Origin: Obrimoposthia wandeli
Lineage: Eukaryota
Assembly (NCBI GenBank): GCA_977020255.1
Contig: CDROCS010006408.1
Location: 1 to 64,000 of the forward strand
Direction of reading: 5' to 3'
Length of the DNA stretch: 64,000 bases
Below are positions 44,264 through 54,128 of this stretch, in pieces (positions within the stretch are counted from its first letter, which is position 1; each line of letters opens with the position of its first letter). Position numbers and translations under genes: made by a program. The notes under the pieces were generated by a model, which worked only from the letters and a program-made list of their open reading frames with translations, did not search any database and was not told where the DNA came from.

Positions 44264-44947
44264 ATGAGCCATTTTATGCTAGCACCGCACTTTATCTTAT
44301 TTTTTCATTACAAAAGTATGCGCCACTACTTATTTTTGTTGGTATCATTTGTATTACTTATTACTTGTTCTACATTCACTTCAGCCCAGGCACTCACTGA
44401 TTTTAAACATTGGAAACAGAAAAACTTTGTCGGTAATAATCAATATGAATTTAGCTTAGAAAAAAATATGCCTATGGTAAGGATAGAATCGAACCAAACC
44501 TCTTCTGGGCTTTTTCTGGAGAAGAAAGTCGATTTAAATAAATCACCTTTTCTAAACTGGTCATGGAAAGTCAGCAATGTACTGCAATCTCTAAAAGAAA
44601 AAACCAAACAAGGAGATGATTTTGCCGCTAGAGTCTATGTATTAACCTCTACAGGCCCTTTTCCATGGCAGAAAAAAACCTTATCTTACGTATGGTCAAA
44701 TTATCAAAAAATAGGCTCAAGCTGGCCGAACCCATACACTGGTAAAGTGATTATGATGGCTTTAGATAGTGGCAAGCAAAAGGTAGGCGAATGGCGTACG
44801 CATCAACGCAACGTACAACAAGATTTAGAAGATGCCTTCGGTGAAAAATATGACCAAATTGATGTGATTGCCATCATGACAGATACCGATAACAGTAAAC
44901 AAAAAGCAGTAGGCTGGTATAAAAATATGTACTTTAGTGATAAGTAG
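44264..44947 (+). CDS. DUF3047-family exported protein
   Basis: Signal-like hydrophobic stretch, P.LNWSWKV, GDDFAARVYV, LSYVWS, IAIMTDTDN. Confidence 0.8.
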   Translation: MSHFMLAPHFILFFHYKSMRHYLFLLVSFVLLITCSTFTSAQALTDFKHWKQKNFVGNNQYEFSLEKNMPMVRIESNQTSSGLFLEKKVDLNKSPFLNWSWKVSNVLQSLKEKTKQGDDFAARVYVLTSTGPFPWQKKTLSYVWSNYQKIGSSWPNPYTGKVIMMALDSGKQKVGEWRTHQRNVQQDLEDAFGEKYDQIDVIAIMTDTDNSKQKAVGWYKNMYFSDK

Positions 44948-44957
44948 TAAACTAATT

Positions 44958-45110
44958 CATTGCTGTCCGGTTAAAAAATGTAAGCCCTCTAACTCATTGA
45001 TTTGTGGTTTTCTATCATGGATATATAGGTATTTTTTAGCTAAAGAGTTTTTGCCGTTAACGTAAAATCAATGAGTTAGAGAGCAACAAAAATTAAACTG
45101 GACACTAATG
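44958..45110 (+). mobile_element. MITE family A, full copy
   Basis: Same ends; 9 bp TSD AAACTAATT (44949-57, 45111-19); perfect internal 15 bp IR at 44989-45003 / 45065-45079. Confidence 0.9.
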
Positions 45111-45224
45111 AAACTAATTACTATTAGACACGGCTTTATGATTTAGTGTTGACAGGTAAATTATTAGTGTCACATTTTCTGACTATAGGCTAGCTGCATT
45201 ACCACCGCGGTATTCTCACTATTT

Positions 45225-45345
45225 TCAGTGCTAAAAGCCCTGCTCGAACAATCTTGCAGCTATAGACATTAATGATCGAATAGAGGTATTGATGCAGCCC
45301 AATGACATCCATTGGTAGATAGCAATACCTTAACTCAACAGTTGT
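45225..45345 (-). pseudogene. Short remnant resembling an IS3-family integrase core
   Basis: With one frameshift reads KQLLS*GIA(Y)LPMDVIGLHQYLYSIINVYSCKIV, like the NQ.WSWDITYLP....YLY.I.D.YSRKIVG motif. Confidence 0.4.
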
Positions 45346-45457
45346 TTAGCAACCGTGACGGTATAACTTTTGACTTTTTATTCAACTTTCTCAGCCCGCT
45401 AAGACTATGATTTAATTGATTGATAAGTACAAGTAATATTAATTTGAAGCTTCCCTA

Positions 45458-45961
45458 TTAGAAATTTAAAGAGATAGGAATAGGCTCACTTACTATACTT
45501 ATTTTTGGGGCACCTATATCATTCCAACGAAATAATGTCACATGCCATTTTTCAGGATCTTTACGTGAAGGGTCTATTAAGCCTACCTCTTGATTACCCC
45601 TTAGTAAATCCGATACTTGCCAACTAGCAGGATCACAGCCTTCTTCAATAGCCGCTCGCCAGTCTTGCCTTGCTAGCGCTCTATAGTCAATGGCATCTCT
45701 ATGCCTTAAATCAACAAGTTGGCATGCTTCAACTTCAAATTTAACTAATACTAATGGAGTGTCTATGCCTTTTGCATACTTACGCATTGCAACACGAGCA
45801 CTTTCTTCATTTACCGCAAGATATAGCGCATCTTGCCCTCGCCTATTATATCTGGCTTCAGGCCTTTCACGAGAATTACGTTTTAATGCTAAAGCAATCT
45901 GCTCAACACTACAGATTTTTACGAACGTCCCAGATATTTCAGTATATGTATTTTCGAACAT
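45458..45961 (-). CDS. RES-domain protein, cassette-like, no antitoxin gene adjacent
   Basis: RYNRRGQDALYLA, LVDLR, SWQVSD.LR, GLIDPSRK. Confidence 0.7.
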   Translation of the reverse strand: MFENTYTEISGTFVKICSVEQIALALKRNSRERPEARYNRRGQDALYLAVNEESARVAMRKYAKGIDTPLVLVKFEVEACQLVDLRHRDAIDYRALARQDWRAAIEEGCDPASWQVSDLLRGNQEVGLIDPSRKDPEKWHVTLFRWNDIGAPKISIVSEPIPISLNF

Positions 45962-46024
45962 ATGATTTCCAGATTATTGCCTAAAACCTAACAGCTTTAT
46001 GCGACAACATTTTAAAACGACCAG

Positions 46025-46130
46025 CACATAACACTAACACCAATAAAACTGCGTGGTAACCTTGATCACTCGTGTGCATTTTATTCCGCAAACAAGTGAC
46101 AAGATTGCGGATCCTTGTTTGTTTTTATAC
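46025..46130 (-). other. attC-like site (106 bp)
   Basis: Minus strand begins GTATAAA (overlapping a stop codon), has a bulged hairpin CTTGTCACTTGTTTGC / GCACACGAGTGATCAAG and ends GTTATGT. Confidence 0.5.
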
Positions 46131-46560
46131 TCGAAATCCCATTGGTTGAAAGCCAATGTCATCCTTTTCACCAGCAGCACCTGACTCAATAAAAGCCAAA
46201 TTGTCTATACACTGGAATTGCGTATATTGATCATCTAAGTGTCATTGCTGTCCGGTTAAAAAATGTAAGCTCCCTAACCCATTGATTTGTGGTTTTCTAA
46301 CTGAGTTAACTGAGCTTTTTCAGCTAAAAAATACTCGGGGTTAGCGTAAAATCAATGAGTTAAAGAACAACAAAAATTAAACCGGACACTAATGTCTAAG
46401 TGTATAAAAATTTGACACACATGCACCTAAAATACCACAAAAGAATGTCCTAAATACTTAAGTGAATGTATTGGAAACAAAGCAGACATTTTTAGCAGCG
46501 CTAGCGGGTATATGTCCAATAGCAGTAGCTTGTTAATATTTTTCTCGATATTCTATTATC
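46125..46560 (-). pseudogene. Degraded GNAT acetyltransferase remnant interrupted by a MITE
   Basis: SIYAIPVYRQFGF..ESG..GEKDDIGFQPM resembles a GNAT C-terminus; the upstream part lies across the 46243 MITE and the 5' limit is approximate. Confidence 0.45.
46243..46394 (+). mobile_element. MITE family A, full copy
   Basis: Same ends; 9 bp TSD TCTAAGTGT (46234-42, 46395-403). Confidence 0.9.
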
Positions 46561-46670
46561 TCAGAAAAACCAATTGCTGCCGTTTGTTAAGCTTCATTAC
46601 ATAGCATTTAAAAAATCGTAGTTCATGGCGAAGCTACGTTTACGCTAGCCGTCGCTGGACGCCATGTAAC

Positions 46671-47423
46671 TTATTTACTTTGAATGCTTATGCATTTTGA
46701 AAATTCAGAATTTGACCGCTGATTTACGAATACGCCATTTCTAAGAAAAGAAATTACCTCACTTATAACACCATCATTTGTCATTAAGAATGGATGAGTT
46801 ACGGGCATTGTAATAAAACCACACATTCCTTCTACCTTGGTACTTTCAACAGAGACTTTACCATCATCTGGATTTGGCAAAAAAGTGGATAGTATTAAAT
46901 TTATTGATTGTGTCCCTGCTATAACACCAAGCTCAAAGTTTACTGGACCAAGATTTTTTGGTACATCTCTATTGGAGGTACCCAGCTCCATACCAGCTGG
47001 CCCATTAATTAATTCATAACCAGGTATGTTCTTAAGATTATCAACCACTTCACTTCCACTATTTGGCGGGCCAAGCATTACTACTCTATTAACATTAGAA
47101 GTTTGATAGTTTTTATAGAATTGACGAACTAAAATACCTCCAAGTGAATGCGTTACATAATTCACTGGTGATGAGTTAGCTTTACTACACTGATACAAGC
47201 CATCATTAACTGCAATTTCTGATAACTCAAAAATATTATTTTTTCTAGAAGGATAATTAACATTAACAACAAAATATCCTTCATTCGATAATTTTGTTGC
47301 AAGCTCTTCCATTGAGTTTGATGTTCTTGCTAAGCCATGAAGCAATACAACACATTCCGCTGATAAAGCTTCAACCGAAATTAGCATCATTAATAACACA
47401 ACTGCGACTGACTTATTCATCAC
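46671..47423 (-). CDS. Secreted alpha/beta-hydrolase (lipase-like), cassette-like
   Basis: Signal peptide, VVLLHGLART, YVTHSLGG, VVMLGPPN.GSEVVD, DDGKVSVEST, HPFLM. Confidence 0.85.
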   Translation of the reverse strand: MMNKSVAVVLLMMLISVEALSAECVVLLHGLARTSNSMEELATKLSNEGYFVVNVNYPSRKNNIFELSEIAVNDGLYQCSKANSSPVNYVTHSLGGILVRQFYKNYQTSNVNRVVMLGPPNSGSEVVDNLKNIPGYELINGPAGMELGTSNRDVPKNLGPVNFELGVIAGTQSINLILSTFLPNPDDGKVSVESTKVEGMCGFITMPVTHPFLMTNDGVISEVISFLRNGVFVNQRSNSEFSKCISIQSK

Positions 47424-47649
47424 TCTCCTTCCAGGCCAACAGATTATCTGTGTGGGTTCTCACTTTCTACAGATAGAAAATCATTATGGCGCCCAATAAT
47501 ATCTATCTAAATAATTGAATCTAAAAGAAATTAATAATATCACTTTGTAGAAAGGTGCACCATCATTGAATACAAGTAATCTTATAGTTGGCTCTCTTAT
47601 AGAAGACTACATTTTTATAGCAGCAATAAAGTTGAAATTTTATATCCCC

Positions 47650-48243
47650 CGCCTATAGCCGAAAAACACCATTAACGTAAGATAAAAGAGGCTTGAGCAA
47701 AGAGCAAAACTGGCGAACTCATATAATAAACGAGCCAACATTGATGAACGCTTGCAATTATTGATGAAAAACCCAGAGTGAATGGTTGGGAAATAGATAT
47801 CGTTATAGGTGTAGCGGGGCTATCGTCACTATTGTAGAAAGATCCTCAGCTTTTCCTTATATAAGCGCATATTTCATGAAAAAGTAGTGCGGCAACCAAA
47901 AGCTGCTAAAACCTTATTAGGAGGGGGTACACGCTATTCCAACGAACAATGGATAGCATACCTTGAGAAGATTACTGAGACTCTAGAGGCTCCTGTGTAC
48001 TGTGCTTACCCATACTGTGCATAGCAGCGTGATTTAAATGAAAACACAAAAGGATTACTCAGACAGTATTAGGTAAAAGAGATTGATTTCAAACAAATAT
48101 TGCCAAGGGAAGTTAAGGCAGTTGTTATTATGCTGTATAACCGCTCCAGAAAGAAACTAGGCTTAAAACCCCAAGTGATTTAATGGATAAACACCTAGCT
48201 TCTATAGTGGCATAATTAGGTTATGCACTTGGGTATTGAATCT
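47650..48243 (+). pseudogene. IS30-family transposase remnant with right end
   Basis: Across frameshifts reads IDER..IIDEKPRVNGWEIDIVIG, AIVTIVER, AYPYCA*QRDLNENTKGLLRQY, NRSRKKLG.KTP; ends TGCACTTGGGTATTGAATCT. Confidence 0.75.
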
Positions 48244-48280
48244 GTGAGTGCGATACAACCTCCCTTACAGCTATTAGCAA

Positions 48281-48772
48281 TCAAGTCCAGCTAAACGCCG
48301 CTGCATCTGTATCACCAGCGCGATGCTTAAGCTGCAAGCCTTGGAGAAAATTTCGCAATACTTGATCTTTACATTCACGGTAATTCTTATGATCTGCTTT
48401 GCGAAAGAAAGCACTTAACTCGTGTTTGCTAATTGGCAGCTCCACTGAATTAAATAGCTCGATAATGTCTTCGCTTTGTAAATTTAGAGCAATTTTAACC
48501 TTTCTGAAAACGATATTGTTAGTAAGCCGCTTCTCATTCTCAACCTCAGCGCCCTCTTTCTTGCCACGCTTTTCAACGATAAAGCCATTCAAAAACGCCG
48601 CCAATGCTACATCTTTACATTTTACGTAATCAGCATCTTCATCTTTTTTTAGCCACTGGCTAATTTCTTCGCGGGTTGTCTCAAGGTTGCCCATCGCAAA
48701 AATAGCAATCATCTTAGAGTCACTTAAATCAAAAACATAGCGCATACGGCGCAGCACGTCATTATTAGTCAT
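48281..48772 (-). CDS. DUF1456 (YehS-like) protein
   Basis: MTNNDVLRRMRY.FDLSD, FLNGFI..KRG, LTNN.VFRK.KIAL, KHELSAFFRK..HKNYREC.DQ.LRNFL.GL. Confidence 0.9.
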   Translation of the reverse strand: MTNNDVLRRMRYVFDLSDSKMIAIFAMGNLETTREEISQWLKKDEDADYVKCKDVALAAFLNGFIVEKRGKKEGAEVENEKRLTNNIVFRKVKIALNLQSEDIIELFNSVELPISKHELSAFFRKADHKNYRECKDQVLRNFLQGLQLKHRAGDTDAAAFSWT

Positions 48773-48957
48773 TAGCTCACTTTCACAATTTTAAAGTTAT
48801 CGAACCGCTATTGTCGCACAAGCAGAATGACATTGCCGCATCTGCATCAAACAGACTGATACTATTTTTCGACGAGTTGGCGATTCTAGGAAATCGCTTA
48901 GGAGTTGAATAGTGATTGTGGCGTGAATTATGGTGGGTAAGGGTCGAATGGCACTGC

Positions 48958-49086
48958 TGTAAGCCTAAGTAGCTCGCGTTACTGATAGCACACCTCGCGG
49001 GCACTCTTATATGCCTTATCGCGCAACCCCTTTTGATGGACTCTGGCAATTTTAGCAATACTGCCAAAATAGTTTAGAACATCCAT
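48958..49086 (-). pseudogene. Remnant resembling the P2-like phage virion morphogenesis (gpS) C-terminus
   Basis: FGSIAKIARVHQKGLRDKAYKSAREVCYQ*RELLRLT, like the IARVH..GLRD......EV.Y..R.LLG motif. Confidence 0.4.
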
Positions 49087-49179
49087 AAAGTAGTTGATAT
49101 ATACATTCTTCATACTCAATACACCACTCAAATCCAAAAGTACGAAGTTCCTCAACACCTTGATATGCCACCACAGTAT

Positions 49180-49389
49180 TTACTAAATTGGCGAAGTGGC
49201 AGGATGCCACGTAGAGCGAGTAGGCCATGGATAACCTTCGCTAACGGTCGTCAATTTAGTAAATTGCGCAGGTGTTTTCAACGATATGGGTGCTTTGTTT
49301 AGTTACTTTCTTTTCACATAAAAGAAAGTGACTCATCGAAGACATACAATTAGAATCAAGCAACTTGATCTAAATTGCGCTTCAACTAG
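49180..49389. repeat. Palindromic intergenic repeat family C, copy 1
   Basis: 15 bp IR 49180-94 / 49248-62, GTGGCA-GGA-TGCCAC hairpin, GTTACTTTCTTTT-CACAT-AAAAGAAAGTGAC hairpin. Confidence 0.6.
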
Positions 49390-49682
49390 AACATAAATCA
49401 ACTGCAAAGCTCCTCTGCTCTCCTCTTAAATTCCTAAATAAATCAGTTAAAATCACTAACCTGCTAGCACGGCACTCTTTTGAAAGTTTCAATTGGCTTT
49501 TAAATAAACGTCTCAACCGCACCTTATCACCGCCAAGCTAATCGCATTAAAGTAGTTGCGCACCACATCCCTGTATTTGCCACCAGCCTTAAATGTAGTA
49601 CAGTTATCTTCAAGCTTCAGGTTATACAAAACCTAGAGCCAGTAATATCAAAAGACAACTTAAATATTAAGCAGGGAAAGCA

Positions 49683-50159
49683 ATGAAGAACTTGATAGGG
49701 GTATTAGCACTAACCACGAGCATGTCAGTTCTAGCCGTAGACGGCTATCAGGATATTTATCTTGACAAAAAAGCAGACATAATTGTTCATGGGGTAATGT
49801 GTGGGGATGATTTAAATAACCTCAACAAATTACAGCCGTCCAATGTATTTACTAACACGCCTAACATCGAGAAAGGCACATATTATTACAAATCGGCATA
49901 TGGTGAGTATTCGCTCACATTTAATACTTCAGAAAATGAAGCTGTTATGGTTCGTGGATTATTAAAAGGGGGAAAAACTTCAAAAGACGATATGGATAAA
50001 AAACTATGTATCGTAAAAGACGTTGCAGGACTACCAAAAGCTTTAAGAGGATATTTGAATAAAGTGACTATAAAAGCAAACGATAACAATCGGGAACAAA
50101 CCATGAAAAATTACGAGCTCATTGCGGGTAAACCCGCTTATGCAAAGGGTAAATACTAA
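49683..50159 (+). CDS. Hypothetical secreted protein
   Basis: 158 aa; signal peptide MKNLIGVLALTTSMSVLA; two Cys; no family recognised. Confidence 0.75.
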   Translation: MKNLIGVLALTTSMSVLAVDGYQDIYLDKKADIIVHGVMCGDDLNNLNKLQPSNVFTNTPNIEKGTYYYKSAYGEYSLTFNTSENEAVMVRGLLKGGKTSKDDMDKKLCIVKDVAGLPKALRGYLNKVTIKANDNNREQTMKNYELIAGKPAYAKGKY

Positions 50160-50225
50160 TCCTATTTTGTGTTATTTGACCTCGATTCCCAGCTACGAAA
50201 CGTCAGGGTATTAGCTATCGAACAA

Positions 50226-50363
50226 GTCCGTCATTTTAAGTAAATTGCTTAAGGGTTATCGGTGTGCTTTCTTTGGTTACTTTCTTTTCACATAATAGAA
50301 AGTAAACCATCGAAGATACACAGCTACAAACAACAGATTTGATATAAACTTGGCTTAAACTAG
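50226..50363. repeat. Repeat family C, copy 2 (direct repeat of ~49246-49389)
   Basis: GTGCTTTCTTTGGTTACTTTCTTTTCACATAATAGAAAGTAAACCATCGAAGA matches copy 1. Confidence 0.6.
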
Positions 50364-50708
50364 CCCTAAATATGCTGCTAGAGTTTTAAATATATAAATA
50401 ACCATGAATAGCACTGAGCAAAACCTAACAAATATAAGAAAATACTAATTTATCCAGTGCAAGCTCTGCTACACCACCATGTAAAGGTGTACCGATACAC
50501 TCTCTTTTAACACGCTATGATGCTTATTTTTTCTAACTGCTAATCATTTACCAAACAAAGATCACATATTATCTTTAATCCTATACCTGAATTGGAATCT
50601 TGGCTGAAGTTATCCAATAACTACACTCATCAAAGTGAAGATACAAAATGGTATGATTACGCATCGCTGATAAGACATCACTTGGTTTTAAATTACCTAT
50701 AACACGCT

Positions 50709-52364
50709 CTAACTTGGCTGACGACAATAAAAGAATAAATCTAGCTCTGCTTGGTAACTTGCTGTAGTGATATCAAGCAAGCCAAGCATTGAATGAAATA
50801 AATTATCTTGTGAAACGGCCTTCTTTGCACGTTGCGCTAAACAACCGCTATCTATGTTAAAACTACGCGAAAAACCTTTTGACATCCAAAATAGCATTGG
50901 AATGTGTGTTTGTTCAGTGGGTGCCATAAAGTAAGGTAGTCCATGTAAGTAAACATTATCCTCACCTAATGACTCACCGTGATCAGAGAGATATAGTACA
51001 CTCGCATCGTACAGCTTTTGCCGACTCTTAAAATAATCGATCACCGAGCTAATAAAGAAATCAGTGTAGAGAATACTATTGTCGTAAGCATTGCGCAGCT
51101 CTTGCTTTGTGCAATCACTGAGATTTGTTTTTTCACACACAGGATTAAATTTTGCAAAAGCAGGTGGATAACGTTTACTGTAAGCGGGGCCGTGACTGCC
51201 TATCTGGTGAAAAACGAGTACCACTTTATCAGCGGCTTTTTCAAGAAAACTATCTAATTTATCAAGCATTGCGATATCGAAACAACCTTGCTCGGTGCAA
51301 GCTTGATTCCCTTTGAAATGAAGTTGGCTTTCAGAAGCGACACGATCACAAACCCCCTTACAGCCGGAATTATTATCACGCCACAGTACATCGAAACCAG
51401 CCGTTTTAAAGACATCTAACAAATTACCCCGTGATTGACGATATTGATCACGAAAGTCCACTCTCGCTTTGTCAGAAAACATACAAGCAACCGATACTGC
51501 CGTGGTTGTACCACAGGAACTAGCTTGGCTAAAATTAACAATATTTTGCACAGCCAGTGCTGGGTTAGTGTTGCGGTGATAGCCATTAAGAGAGAAGTTA
51601 GCCGCTCTTGCCGTTTCACCAACGATGATTACCGAAACAACTTTTTTACTGCGTTTTTGCCAACTAGGTTTTAATTTTGCATCTTGAGCAATAGACGTGA
51701 ATTCAACGTTATTTTTCTCATACGCGCCTGATAAATAGCGAACACTATAATACAAATAATTGGTAGGAGTAGCCAAATAGCGAATTTCACGATTATCGCG
51801 AAATGTCATTGAATAGTCTTTATAAAAACTACCTAGTGCAATCATGATAGCAAACGTTGTCAATACGATCGTCACGCTTGAGTATCCAACACTTTTTTTA
51901 AGGCTTTGGTAACGAACACGAACAAAGTATATAACGAGCGCAGGTATGATGCCGCTCAATATAAAATGTAACATAAGATTGATGTTTATTAGATCAAATA
52001 CTTCCCCTGCATTGGTTTCTACTGCATTTTGAATCATCGTTTCATCGATAAGCACGCCATAGGACTCTATAAAATAGCTAGCTAACGCCGTTGATAATAA
52101 AATCGTAATCATGGCGGGTTTGTGCAATTTTGGGAATGAAAAAAACGAAACGATTATATTAGTACAACCCGCTAACAGCACGAGAAAAGAGAATAAAAAA
52201 AACACATTGGATAAAGTATTTGGTAAATATAAATCAGTGAGTAGCCGCCAAAGTGTTTGGTTGTAGAACAGCGCTATAAACACCGAAAAGTATAAATTAA
52301 GACTTGATTTAGCCACACTAAAACTTGATTGATTAGCAAAATTTTTAAGCAGAGCATTAAACAT
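50709..52364 (-). CDS. eptA: Phosphoethanolamine transferase (EptA/MCR-like)
   Basis: 5 TM N-terminus, MIQNAVETN..E, VGETARA.NFSLNGY.R.TNP, SCGTTTAVSV.CMFS, HQIGSHGPAY..RYP, SDHGESLGE..YLHG. Confidence 0.9.
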   Translation of the reverse strand: MFNALLKNFANQSSFSVAKSSLNLYFSVFIALFYNQTLWRLLTDLYLPNTLSNVFFLFSFLVLLAGCTNIIVSFFSFPKLHKPAMITILLSTALASYFIESYGVLIDETMIQNAVETNAGEVFDLININLMLHFILSGIIPALVIYFVRVRYQSLKKSVGYSSVTIVLTTFAIMIALGSFYKDYSMTFRDNREIRYLATPTNYLYYSVRYLSGAYEKNNVEFTSIAQDAKLKPSWQKRSKKVVSVIIVGETARAANFSLNGYHRNTNPALAVQNIVNFSQASSCGTTTAVSVACMFSDKARVDFRDQYRQSRGNLLDVFKTAGFDVLWRDNNSGCKGVCDRVASESQLHFKGNQACTEQGCFDIAMLDKLDSFLEKAADKVVLVFHQIGSHGPAYSKRYPPAFAKFNPVCEKTNLSDCTKQELRNAYDNSILYTDFFISSVIDYFKSRQKLYDASVLYLSDHGESLGEDNVYLHGLPYFMAPTEQTHIPMLFWMSKGFSRSFNIDSGCLAQRAKKAVSQDNLFHSMLGLLDITTASYQAELDLFFYCRQPS

Positions 52365-52561
52365 AGAACACCCAGTTCAATTATAAAAGCCAACGAGATA
52401 CCCATCGCTTTGTGAAAGTAATATGAAGTTGAGGCATCGAAATTAATATGACAGCATCATCAATGTGAATTTTTTTACACTCTAGAACCGCTATATGAGC
52501 TAATCTCTTCAGGCTTTTAGCAGTGATTTATACTAAGCCCTAATGGTTCCAAGCGTGATAA

Positions 52562-53548
52562 TTAATCATGCAACCATTCAAGATTATCTCGGTTGGGATG
52601 ATCAGCCATTTGTTCAAACAGCCATAAGCAGAAATCTTTGGTTTTGGGTCTTATCTCTTGGACAGGAAGCACTAAATAAAGCCCACAATCAGCTTGCATT
52701 GAATGCGGATGAACCTGCACTAGTTCACCAGAGTCTAAATGTTCAAAGAAATAGGAATCCAAACCTAACATAATCCCCATTCCCGCCAGTGTCATATCTA
52801 GGGCCATTGTCGAATTATCTGACTCAAACGTAGATAAGACTTCGCTATCTATCACGCCTTGCTCGTTAAACCATTGATTCCATCCTTCTTTATAACCAAT
52901 AGTATTAATTAGTGGCAACCGCTGGATCTGTGCTAGATCAAAATATACACCTGTATCTAGCTCTCCCTTTATATCAGCTCCCATGTCTAAACTAGTATCT
53001 ACATTTGTATGCAGTGCTACAAAATCAGCACTGGCAACTGCCACCCAATTTTCCTTAAGCACACGCTGCACCGATAAGCCCCGATAATTATCATAGCCGT
53101 GGCAGAGTTCTACATCTATGCCCTCTCGTGGAAAACCATCATGCCAAATGGTTGTTTGTAAACGCATTCGATATTCGGGAAAAGCGGCAGAAAAACTGGC
53201 CAATTTAGGCACCAGCCAACGCTGTGCAAAAGAAGTACCACACCGTACTTGCAAAAAAGATTGATTAGGCGTTTCAAACAATTCTTGAGTGCTTAACTGC
53301 ACACGATTAAAAGCTTCTGTTAAAACCATTAAATAAGATCTTGCGATATCGGTTAATTGCAGTTTTCGAGAGGTGCGAATAAACAGTGAAGCGCCTAAAT
53401 ACTCTTCTAATAATTTTACTTGTTGGCTGACTGCACCTTGGGTAACGTGCAGCTCTTCAGATGCTTTAGTCAAACTTTGCAATCGGGCCGTCGCTTCAAA
53501 TGCTTTAAGGGCGTTTAAGGGCGGCAGGGATTTTTTGGATTTTTGCAT
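52562..53548 (-). CDS. LysR-family regulator (GcvA-like)
   Basis: LPPLNALKAFEATARLQSLTKASEELHVTQGAVSQQVK.LEEYLG. Confidence 0.9.
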   Translation of the reverse strand: MQKSKKSLPPLNALKAFEATARLQSLTKASEELHVTQGAVSQQVKLLEEYLGASLFIRTSRKLQLTDIARSYLMVLTEAFNRVQLSTQELFETPNQSFLQVRCGTSFAQRWLVPKLASFSAAFPEYRMRLQTTIWHDGFPREGIDVELCHGYDNYRGLSVQRVLKENWVAVASADFVALHTNVDTSLDMGADIKGELDTGVYFDLAQIQRLPLINTIGYKEGWNQWFNEQGVIDSEVLSTFESDNSTMALDMTLAGMGIMLGLDSYFFEHLDSGELVQVHPHSMQADCGLYLVLPVQEIRPKTKDFCLWLFEQMADHPNRDNLEWLHD

Positions 53549-53616
53549 ATTGCGACTTCTCAACACATTTAACATTTTAAAGAGTTAATTTTAATGACTT
53601 ATTTAACAGTGTATTT

Positions 53617-53768
53617 CATTAGTGTCCGGTTTAATTTTTGTTGTTCTTTAACTCGTTGATTTTACGTTAACGACAAGTGTATTTCGGCTGAATAAATCCA
53701 ATTTACTATGCTAGAAAACCACAAATCAACGAGTTAGAGGGCTTACACTTTTTAACCGGACAGCAATG
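53617..53768 (-). mobile_element. MITE family A, full copy in reverse orientation
   Basis: CATTAGTGTCCGGTTT...AACCGGACAGCAATG; 9 bp TSD AGTGTATTT (53608-16, 53769-77). Confidence 0.9.
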
Positions 53769-54128
53769 AGTGTATTTATAAAAATTTACCAGGCTCCTAG
53801 TATACCCATGCTTATGCTTAAATCTATGCGATTAAATACACTTGCATTTATCTCTTTAGTCACAATACCTTCCGTTTAGAGATAAGGACCTGTGCATAAC
53901 GTACAGAGCGATAATAAAACAAGGTAAAAAGCGCACGCAGTGTACAGTCATTACTGGGGTTATGAGCATTAGTATGCTCCCTTCTTGAGCATTGAGCCTA
54001 TTTTTAATGCTCTATTATTAATCGCAGTTATCATACTTTCTGGGCAAGCTATGCTGAAGTCTCAGACTACTTAATCAGCCAAATATGCGCTTATTTAAGA
54101 GCATAATGCAGTTTTATAAGCAACTCAT

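Noticed and set aside
45375-45405. IS-end-like sequence (CTTAGCGGGCTGAGAAAGTTG on the minus strand)
   Set aside because: No partner inverted repeat found in the window
48783-49067. 94 aa ORF from the track
   Set aside because: Composition not protein-like; an overlapping frame with the phage-like relic explains the region better
52543-52773. 76 aa ORF opposite the LysR 3' end
   Set aside because: Almost wholly antisense to the LysR gene, no motif
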